Source: a virus (taxonomy: Duplodnaviria; Caudoviricetes). Taken from it: a DNA stretch of 24,312 bases. The position numbers and the translations under genes are program-made. Under the pieces are notes generated by a model. That model searched no databases and was not told the origin of the DNA. It saw only the letters and a program-made list of their open reading frames with translations. The stretch is from positions 1-24,312 of the IMG/VR virus record IMGVR_UViG_3300009183_000352; one strand, given 5' to 3'. Of the stretch, positions 17,047-24,312 are shown one piece after another; the stretch's first letter is position 1, and the number at the start of each line of letters is the position of its first letter.

Positions 17047-17858
17047 ACTTCTACTTTACTCTTAAAGAGAGATTTGTCAAGATTATTTTTTAACTTTTCT
17101 GAGCTATATAAAACTGCAAAATTCATAGGTTCTAAATCTATAAGATTTTTCAATTTACTAGAATTCACATCTGCACCGCTATCATTTTCTATTGGGGTTT
17201 CATAAAAGTGTATATCAATATCTTTAAACTTTTCAACTCCAAGTAATTGTAGATAATAAAGTTCTGAGCCTGTTTCAGTTTGCACACAGTTATAAATTCC
17301 AGTCTTTTTTTCTTTTAAAAGAATAGTTATTGCTTTTTCTAAATCTGGTAGATATGAGTGGCAGTCTATCCAATTAAGAGGTTCTTCACGTTTAACTAAA
17401 TTAACAAGCCAGTTATCAGGGTGATAATATTCGCTGAAAGGATTTTTAATTCTTAAAATAAGAGCACCATACTCTTCTAAAATTCTTTCACCAATTCTTT
17501 TAGTTAATAGATAATCACTAGATGTATTTAAATCAGTTAAGCTTTCAGAGTTGCTTTCCCATTCATAATTACTATTATAGAATTCTGCGGTAGAAATATA
17601 AACAAATGGAATAGAAGAGTTTATACCCTTTAAATAACCGAGTATGTCTTTAGGAATAGAAACGTTTGTTTCTAACAAATCTGAGAAAAACCCATTTCTT
17701 TTTTCTTCGGTATAAATGATTGCTTTATATCGTTTAATAATTTCCAAAGGATTTCCTATTTCAAAAAACCACGATAAGGGATATACATCATACCCTTCTT
17801 TCATTTTAAAATAATGAGATACTATACCATCTCCTAATACAATAATTTTCTTTTTCAT
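17037..17858 (-). CDS. Extended SDR, NDP-sugar epimerase/reductase-like (RmlD-like), divergent
   Basis: IIVLGDGIVS Rossmann start, FVYISTAEFY, YLLTK (YxxxK), LILRI and GIYNCV. Confidence 0.7.
   Translation of the reverse strand: MKKKIIVLGDGIVSHYFKMKEGYDVYPLSWFFEIGNPLEIIKRYKAIIYTEEKRNGFFSDLLETNVSIPKDILGYLKGINSSIPFVYISTAEFYNSNYEWESNSESLTDLNTSSDYLLTKRIGERILEEYGALILRIKNPFSEYYHPDNWLVNLVKREEPLNWIDCHSYLPDLEKAITILLKEKKTGIYNCVQTETGSELYYLQLLGVEKFKDIDIHFYETPIENDSGADVNSSKLKNLIDLEPMNFAVLYSSEKLKNNLDKSLFKSKVEVCE
17053..17080 (-). promoter_or_regulatory. Sigma70-type promoter inside the 3' end of the upstream gene
   Basis: TTGACA-N16-TAAAGT-N6-GTG(17046). Confidence 0.5.
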
Positions 17859-17861
17859 ATA

Positions 17862-20639
17862 TTATCCTTCACAAGTTGCACAACCCATTATATTTCTTGC
17901 TAATTCTTGAGCAGGATTAGCAGAGCGTTGATAATAAAGTGCTTTAATACCATTTTCCCATGCCAAAATCATAAGGGAGTTTACATCCTTTGGTTTTGTG
18001 TTTGGCGGAATCATTATATTTAAGCTTTGACCTTGATCAATGTGTTTCTGACGAGTTGCTGCTTGAATAATGATTTCTTTTTGTGAAATTTCACCAAAAG
18101 TTTTGAAAACATTTCTTTCATTTTCAGAAAGGAAATTAAGATGTTGAACACTGCCACCTTTGATTAAAATAGAATTCCATGTATCATCATCATTTTTTTC
18201 TTTTTCTTCAAGAAGTTTTTCAAGATGTGGATTGCGATAAGTGAATTTACCTTTAGCAAGGTCTTTTACAAAATAGTTACTGTTTAAAGGCTCAATACTT
18301 GGTGACACTTGACCTAAAATAAAGCTAGAAGATGTTGTAGGTGCAACTGCAAGAGTTGTAGTATTACGACGATTATAACCTTTTAGTAAAGGAGGTTCAC
18401 CTAATAATTCTGCAAGTTCTGTTGTAGCTTCATCTGCCTTAGCACGAATGTTTTTCCAAATAGCATTATTTAAAACATTAGCATCCATACTTTCAAAAGG
18501 AATCATTTTTTCTTGAAGAAGACTGTGCCAACCAAGAACGCCAAGTCCTAATGCACGATGATTTATTGCAAAATTTCTTGGTGCATCCATAAACTTAGTG
18601 TTTTCAGTTTTATAGATAAATTCAGTCATTACTGCATCTAAGAAATAAATTAAAGTTTGAACAGCATCAGTGCGTTTCCAATCATCATAGTGAAGTAGGT
18701 TCATGCTGCTTAAATCACAAACAAAACTTTCATCTTTGCTATTAGGAAGCATAATCTCAGAGCAATTATGGGTAATGAATCCGTTACAAATCCAATGGTG
18801 TTCCTCTGAATCTACAGTGCAGCAATAAACATCTTCTTTGCCAATATATTCAATAGAAGATACTTTATAGAATTTTTTTGTATTATCTCTATATTCTCTA
18901 TCGTCTATTTTGATATTTTTTCTATCTAAAAATTGAGTTTTATCGTTGAAAATTAAAGCGTCATTTTTATTTCCGATGATTAATCTAAAACAATCTTTTG
19001 TATTAAAAAGTTTATTTCCTCCATTTCCATCTGGAAGCAATGATTGCCCTGATTCTCTTAATATTCTAATAGAGCATTGCATACCTAAATTAGCTAAAAT
19101 CAATTGAATTTCTTGTAAGAAATCTTTATCAATAGATACTAAAGATATTTGGATAGGCTCTCCAGATGTTTTAGATTTAAAAGCTGTTCCATCTGCATAA
19201 AACAAGCCCCTAATATATTGCCATTGAGTTTCCTCATCAGATTCAAAAATCCAATCTGGAACATAGCCTTTTTCAAAATTTAAAGCTTTTTTTAGAGCTT
19301 TTGAAGTTAATCTTTTTTTTGCATCAGAATTTTCTCTTACTTTACAATCAACAAATTCAGGCTTTTTATAAATTCTATTGTTAAATTTCGAAATTTGAGT
19401 ATTATATTTATCACAAATATAGTCATGGCATAATTGAATCTCTTCTAATAAATCAAAATCGTTCTCCCAAATATCTAACATGATATAATCTTTGTGTTGT
19501 GTACCGTCAGCCTGATATAGACCAAGTAAGAACGCCTCTTTGAGCATATTTTTAGAGCCAAATAATCCTTTATCAGTTTGGATAGCTACAGAATCTCCTA
19601 TTTTTATATCTTCGCAAGCTACGTTTTTAACTAAAATTTCTCCAAAAGAATCCTGTTTTTGTGAGGTTTTATCTCTTACAACAATCTTATGATAAGAAGT
19701 GATAGAATGACTCATCCCATTCTCTAAAATTATTTTATAAACATCAGCGTCTTTTTCCACTAATCTCATTGGAGAGGAGTTTATAATTTTTGTATTATCA
19801 AATAATTTTAAATCTCCTCCAATTTCATATAGTTCTTTTGCTGTCAATAAACCATGATTAGATACGACTCTTTGATCACCAGTAACACAAAGATTACTAT
19901 GGCTAATAATCATGCCTTTATCTTTATAAACTTGTGGTGCAAAGTTATTAACATTGTCTGTGAAAAAGATATATGGATAACCTGTTTCAAAACGCTTTTT
20001 AATAACCTTACCCCAAATCTTTCGGGCATCTTTATCACCATCAAGCATCTTTTTCATAAATTCATCAGAAACACAAACACCTATACTCATTTCTTGAATA
20101 GAGTGTCCAGAATCACGAATAGTTAAGAACTCTTCAATATCAGGATGATCAATAGGTAAATATGCAGCAAAGCTACCACGACGAACATTGCCTTGCGACA
20201 CAACATTCATAAGCTTGTCATAAAGCTCCATAAAGTGAACGCTGCCTGTGGATTCTCCACCACTGCCAATCATTGCACCACGACCACGTAAAGCTCCAAA
20301 ATAAGCACTAGTGCCGCCTCCTGCCTTTGTCATCATACCAACCTCTGAAAGCTTTCCAAGAATATCTTCCATGGTGTCAGAGATATAACTGCCAAAGCAA
20401 GAAATAGGTAAACCACGTTCACGTCCAAAGTTGCTCCAAATCGGAGATGAGAGGCTATACCAGCCCTTTGAAAGATAATCTTCAAACTTTTCTGAGAAAC
20501 CCCTTATTCCTAAGAGTTTTTCTGCATGATTACAAATCTGTTTAATTCTTTCTTCTGCACTTTCGCCTTCAAGAAGGTATCCGCGAGATAGAAACTTGCG
20601 ACTGTCTTTGTTTAACCAGTAATATTTTTGTTTATTCAT
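17862..20639 (-). CDS. nrdA: Class I ribonucleotide reductase alpha subunit (no ATP cone) with intein
   Basis: SSPIWSN, PISCF, GGGTS, QGNVRRG, SNL[intein]CSEI, APTTSSS, DQGQSLN, KALYY and C-terminal CATCEG. Extein is 550 aa. Confidence 0.95.
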   Translation of the reverse strand: MNKQKYYWLNKDSRKFLSRGYLLEGESAEERIKQICNHAEKLLGIRGFSEKFEDYLSKGWYSLSSPIWSNFGRERGLPISCFGSYISDTMEDILGKLSEVGMMTKAGGGTSAYFGALRGRGAMIGSGGESTGSVHFMELYDKLMNVVSQGNVRRGSFAAYLPIDHPDIEEFLTIRDSGHSIQEMSIGVCVSDEFMKKMLDGDKDARKIWGKVIKKRFETGYPYIFFTDNVNNFAPQVYKDKGMIISHSNLCVTGDQRVVSNHGLLTAKELYEIGGDLKLFDNTKIINSSPMRLVEKDADVYKIILENGMSHSITSYHKIVVRDKTSQKQDSFGEILVKNVACEDIKIGDSVAIQTDKGLFGSKNMLKEAFLLGLYQADGTQHKDYIMLDIWENDFDLLEEIQLCHDYICDKYNTQISKFNNRIYKKPEFVDCKVRENSDAKKRLTSKALKKALNFEKGYVPDWIFESDEETQWQYIRGLFYADGTAFKSKTSGEPIQISLVSIDKDFLQEIQLILANLGMQCSIRILRESGQSLLPDGNGGNKLFNTKDCFRLIIGNKNDALIFNDKTQFLDRKNIKIDDREYRDNTKKFYKVSSIEYIGKEDVYCCTVDSEEHHWICNGFITHNCSEIMLPNSKDESFVCDLSSMNLLHYDDWKRTDAVQTLIYFLDAVMTEFIYKTENTKFMDAPRNFAINHRALGLGVLGWHSLLQEKMIPFESMDANVLNNAIWKNIRAKADEATTELAELLGEPPLLKGYNRRNTTTLAVAPTTSSSFILGQVSPSIEPLNSNYFVKDLAKGKFTYRNPHLEKLLEEKEKNDDDTWNSILIKGGSVQHLNFLSENERNVFKTFGEISQKEIIIQAATRQKHIDQGQSLNIMIPPNTKPKDVNSLMILAWENGIKALYYQRSANPAQELARNIMGCATCEG
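18765..19889 (-). mobile_element. Intein (375 aa) with LAGLIDADG homing endonuclease
   Basis: Begins CVTGDQRV (residue 251), block B SITSYHKI, LLGLYQADG and YIRGLFYADG motifs, DVYCC block F, ends ITHN followed by +1 Cys. Confidence 0.93.
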
Positions 20640-20696
20640 ATTTGAAATTATTTCTTATCCCAATACTGCATGGGTTTACGCATTTTTGTTTTGATT

Positions 20697-20735
20697 TTTT
20701 ACATTCTTGAAATATATCTTTTCAAGAATGTAAAA
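20697..20735. repeat. Perfect 16-bp inverted repeat with 7-nt loop between nrdB and nrdA
   Basis: TTTTACATTCTTGAAA-tatatct-TTTCAAGAATGTAAAA. Confidence 0.75.
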
Positions 20736-20767
20736 CTGCTGCTTGTATTTAAAAGACTTAATGAATA

Positions 20768-21784
20768 TTAAAATAATTCATCTTCATCAAAACTTTGATT
20801 CTTTTTAGAATACTCTGTTGGACGAGAATGGAAAAAATCAGTCATATTATTTCCTAACAATTCTTCATAAAACCAACGGGTTTTAGAAACAAGAGTTTCA
20901 TCAACCTCAAAAACCTTTTTAAATCCGATTTCTGCTAAAGAATCATTTATTCTTTTTTTATTAAGTTCATCTAAAATCTCTGAACTGAGATTTTCTTCAC
21001 TCATTCCATTAACCATCCATTTATTAATCTTTTTTTCTGCCTTAAATGCTTCTAATGCTTCAGAAGCAATACGAGCTTCAAGTTCTTCATCAAATAATTC
21101 AGGATGCTCTTCACGAATAGTGTTAATAATCTTCATACCAACAAGCGCATGAATATTTTCTTCATTACGAGTATATTTTACTTGTTGATCAGTATCTTTT
21201 AATACATTTTTAAAACGAGAAAACCAATTAATTACATAAAACTGAGAAAAAAGACTTACATTCTCAACAAAAAGTGTAAAAAGAATAATTGCATAAAGAT
21301 ATTGCTTACGAGAATCTTTATAAAAACGATGCGTGTATTTACGAAGATACTTTACACGACCCTGAATAAAGTCTAATTTAAGATTTTCTTCAAAGATTTC
21401 TTCAAGATCAAGAACTTTTAAAAGACGTTCATATGCAGAGTTATGAATAACTTCTACGTTTGCCATTACATAACCAAGGTCTTGAAGACTTGGATGCGGA
21501 AGATTTTCGCCAAGTTTAGCCCAAAATGTTTTTACTGCAACTTCAATTTGACCAATAGCAGATAATGTTCTTACAACAATTTCTCTTTCTTGATCTGTTA
21601 ATAAAACTTTAAATTGTTGAACGTCACTTTTAAAATTAAACTCTTTGTCTGTCCAAAAGCCATTATGCATAGCTTCTATAAATTGTTCTACCCAAGGGTA
21701 ACGATTTGGTTTTCTGCTTATCTGTTCTTCAAATATTGAAAAGTCTCTTTTTATAATTCCGTATGCTTCGTCTAAATTGTCCAT
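20768..21784 (-). CDS. nrdB: Ribonucleotide reductase beta subunit (NrdBi / class Id-like)
   Basis: FWTDKE, QIEVAVKTFW, EVIHNSAY, FVENVSLFSQF, EENIH and DFFHSRPTEYSK. Confidence 0.93.
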   Translation of the reverse strand: MDNLDEAYGIIKRDFSIFEEQISRKPNRYPWVEQFIEAMHNGFWTDKEFNFKSDVQQFKVLLTDQEREIVVRTLSAIGQIEVAVKTFWAKLGENLPHPSLQDLGYVMANVEVIHNSAYERLLKVLDLEEIFEENLKLDFIQGRVKYLRKYTHRFYKDSRKQYLYAIILFTLFVENVSLFSQFYVINWFSRFKNVLKDTDQQVKYTRNEENIHALVGMKIINTIREEHPELFDEELEARIASEALEAFKAEKKINKWMVNGMSEENLSSEILDELNKKRINDSLAEIGFKKVFEVDETLVSKTRWFYEELLGNNMTDFFHSRPTEYSKKNQSFDEDELF

Positions 21785-21890
21785 ATGCGTTTAGTATTTA
21801 CTTTTTGTAATGTCTTTTATAATACCACAAAAAAGAAAAAAATCTACTATTAAATAAGGATTTTTTACTTGTTTTTTATTTAAAAAAGTT

Positions 21891-21930
21891 AAAAAAAAGA
21901 GGAGTCTTAGACATTCATCTAAGACTCCTC
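21891..21930 (-). terminator. Intrinsic terminator after rIIB
   Basis: 13-bp stem GAGGAGTCTTAGA/TCTAAGACTCCTC, 6-nt loop, followed by T8 on the minus strand. Confidence 0.9.
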
Positions 21931-21948
21931 CTTAAACTTTTTTTCTTT

Positions 21949-22944
21949 TTAATCGTTTAGATATACAAAACAACCATCTTCAAATTCTGACCAATGAAAT
22001 CCAAGAGTATCAAGAGCATCAAGTACTCGTTGACGAGAAGGATACTCAGGAGAGAAAGAATTTTGAATCTTACGAATAGAAACAGTTTCCATACCCTTTT
22101 CAGCCTGACGAAGCAAATATTTATCAATACGATCAATAAACTCATCACGATTTTCAACAGAAGTACTCTTCATAGGAGTATTGTCTTCAGAAACCGCACA
22201 TGCAGTAATTTCAGAAACATACTCACTTACAACAGTATATGCTGCTACACGACACTTCTGACAGTTATAATCACTTGGAACGCTTACAACGTCTTTTGGA
22301 TTAACCTTTACCACAACCATTTTACCTTGGGAGAAATCAGAAGCATAATCATGACTGCCAACATGCAAACCGTTTGAACAGTGATTTGCACGATTGTCAT
22401 CAACATCACGACGAAGAACTTCAATTTCTTCTCCAATTCCGTTAAAGATGCGTCCTTCTTTATCAACTTCGCCTTTAAGAACCTTAGTATCTATGTTGCC
22501 ACTAATACTCCAAAAGTTATCTAAAAGACCTTTATAAGCAAGAAAGCAACCATCTTCGGTAAGGGGAAGTTCCTTGTATGCAAGGAAATCATACAACTCG
22601 TTTACACTAGTTTGTGATGGATTATCACGAAGATTTTTCCAAAACTTTTTAAACAAGCCAACAGGAAGGTCTTGAGCTACAAGATCACAAACCTTTTTAG
22701 CAAGAACAGGTGGAAGCTTTTCACCTTCAAGGTAAACATCTTCGTCTTTAACCTCAAAGTCTTTTTCTGTTTGAAGAATATTAATGTTAGAAGAGATAAT
22801 ATCTTTTACAGCAGACTCTTGCTCATCTTCTGGAAGATCAAAACACTTAATGATCTTTGAGAAACGAAAGTCTGTTTTTTCAACTTTTGTTGGCTTATTG
22901 TTGAAGAATAATACGATTGATTTGGAATTAATGATGTATTTCAT
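21949..22944 (-). CDS. rIIB: rIIB-like protein
   Basis: ELYDFL...LTEDGCFLAYK, RRDVDDNRANHCSNGLHVG and VKVNPKDVVSVPSDYN..KCRV. Confidence 0.9.
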   Translation of the reverse strand: MKYIINSKSIVLFFNNKPTKVEKTDFRFSKIIKCFDLPEDEQESAVKDIISSNINILQTEKDFEVKDEDVYLEGEKLPPVLAKKVCDLVAQDLPVGLFKKFWKNLRDNPSQTSVNELYDFLAYKELPLTEDGCFLAYKGLLDNFWSISGNIDTKVLKGEVDKEGRIFNGIGEEIEVLRRDVDDNRANHCSNGLHVGSHDYASDFSQGKMVVVKVNPKDVVSVPSDYNCQKCRVAAYTVVSEYVSEITACAVSEDNTPMKSTSVENRDEFIDRIDKYLLRQAEKGMETVSIRKIQNSFSPEYPSRQRVLDALDTLGFHWSEFEDGCFVYLND

Positions 22945-22951
22945 GGGATTT

Positions 22952-22980
22952 AATTTACTATATGTTTATGTGGTTGTCAA
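22952..22980 (-). promoter_or_regulatory. Sigma70 promoter for rIIB (putatively leaderless)
   Basis: TTGACA-N17-TAAATT-N7-ATG(22944); nearly fills the 36-bp rIIA-rIIB gap. Confidence 0.75.
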
Positions 22981-24312
22981 TTATTTTAATGTGAGAATTT
23001 TACGAAGGTCTTTTCGAGAAATATGTCTGTTGAACCAATAACTTTTACTTTCACGTTGCATAGTTTCGAAAATAACTCCACGCAAGCTTTTTTCATCAGT
23101 AATTTTTTTGCAAATATTGCTAGCTTTGATTAAAAACTTTTTATTCTTTGAAAGTTTTTTTCTCAACTTATCCTTTTCAATAGAAGAAAGGAAACCTAAA
23201 GTAATTGATTCAGACATTTCACGAAATTCTTTTTCTTGCTTTGCCTTTTCTTCAATCTTTTTAATTATTGCTAGATATTCTGGAGAGGGTGCTTTAAACC
23301 AACCAAGCTCACCTAAAAAATTAAACATGTTTTTACTCAATGCTCTTACTTTATTAGTAACCATAGCAGTATTTTCAACTGTAAAATGATGTAAAAGATC
23401 GTCTGTATTAAAATTTACCCAATCAGTATTTTTTAATTGCTCTTTAGCTTCATCAATATCTTTTGCTTCTGAAAGGTTAGCTTCTTTTCTCATGTAGTTA
23501 TGAATTTCAAGAGCAGTGCCTGTATAATCTTGATTATACCAACCACGACGAAAAGAGACCTTTGCCTTAAATGTTTCAATAGACATTTGCTTTTTGTCAG
23601 TTTTAGGCCAATCAAAAAGTGAGCTTTTTACTTTTTTGAAAAGAAATAGTTCTTCTAATTTTTTCTTTTCATCTTCATTGCATCGCTCATAATATGCATC
23701 AGTAACATACATGTAGCACTTGCTTTTAGAAAATGCATGATCAGAAAACTTACCAATCCAATAATCTTTACTCTCTTTATTTGGAATAAGAGCAACAATT
23801 TTCTTACCATCATTTTCTTCAATTTTAAGACCAATGGTAACTTCCTTTAAATCACGAAGAAGAGGATAAACATTTGGATAAAGATGTGCTTTCTTAAAAG
23901 AGAAAAACTTACCATCAATAAATGTTTCGTTAACATTAGTTAATAGTTCTTCAACAGAAAGAAGAGATTGTTCTTTTGCATCCTCATTGTAGATATGGTT
24001 AATGTGATTTTTAATAGATTCAAGGTTTCTCTTGTTAGAAGGAGTATCTTCAAAACTTTCACGGGAAATTGGAAGACTCATTTTTCCAATAGGAATTTCC
24101 ACCACAAGAAAATAAGAGTGTTTCATCATAGCATTTGAAATAATATGAACAATACTATCAGTTTTATAAATGACTTCTCCCATTTTATAATAAACATCAC
24201 CATGATAAATATATTTTGAATTTTTATTATAAAGTTTAAACAAAAATCCATTATGTTCAACTGTTTCAACAGGAGAGAGTGGAACATTAAGTTCATCATT
24301 ATAATAAAACTC
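22981..24312 (-). CDS. rIIA: rIIA-like protein, partial (5' end outside the window)
   Basis: Frame is open to 24312. MGEVIY and IPIGKMSLPISRESF resemble rIIA MGxVxY...PIGxLxxxxSRExL; lies directly upstream of rIIB. Confidence 0.75.
   Translation of the reverse strand, partial: EFYYNDELNVPLSPVETVEHNGFLFKLYNKNSKYIYHGDVYYKMGEVIYKTDSIVHIISNAMMKHSYFLVVEIPIGKMSLPISRESFEDTPSNKRNLESIKNHINHIYNEDAKEQSLLSVEELLTNVNETFIDGKFFSFKKAHLYPNVYPLLRDLKEVTIGLKIEENDGKKIVALIPNKESKDYWIGKFSDHAFSKSKCYMYVTDAYYERCNEDEKKKLEELFLFKKVKSSLFDWPKTDKKQMSIETFKAKVSFRRGWYNQDYTGTALEIHNYMRKEANLSEAKDIDEAKEQLKNTDWVNFNTDDLLHHFTVENTAMVTNKVRALSKNMFNFLGELGWFKAPSPEYLAIIKKIEEKAKQEKEFREMSESITLGFLSSIEKDKLRKKLSKNKKFLIKASNICKKITDEKSLRGVIFETMQRESKSYWFNRHISRKDLRKILTLK

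Noticed and set aside
585-23389. Shadow ORFs in the track (585, 1907, 4798, 7026, 7536, 10826, 12835, 14280, 14533, 15487, 16605, 19854, 21957, 21994, 22672, 22784, 23108)
   Set aside because: They lie antisense or out of frame within well-supported genes and show no motifs.
1-24312. CRISPR array, tandem repeats or IS elements
   Set aside because: No regularly spaced direct repeats or transposase motifs seen by eye.
1-24312. Stop-codon reassignment as in some large phages
   Set aside because: Genes are full length and densely packed under the standard code, and TGA acts as a stop in ATGA overlaps.

Overview
AT-rich (roughly 30% GC by eye), gene-dense fragment of a large T4-like (myovirus/jumbo-type) phage genome. 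Phage markers are rIIA/rIIB, a gp44-like clamp loader, T4-type RNase H/5'-3' exonuclease, dUTPase, nrdB plus an intein-containing nrdA, tRNA-Cys and T4 late-promoter-like TAAATA boxes. Three things stand out. (1) The phage carries an exported module normally associated with Planctomycetes/Verrucomicrobia (PVC): two Tat-signal DUF1501 proteins and a Sec-signal DUF1549/DUF1553 protein with CxxCH, interleaved with core replication genes. (2) About nine otherwise unrelated small proteins share an N-terminal 'M-N-F-K-x-F-Y...E' or related leader resembling a T4 capsid-targeting peptide; their bodies include a kinase, two ADP-ribosyltransferase-like domains and a ParB/Srx domain, suggesting a virion-packaged effector set. 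(3) Both sigma70-type and late-type promoters sit 5-7 nt from start codons, implying widespread leaderless mRNAs. All family assignments come from motif recognition by eye; no database searches were run.
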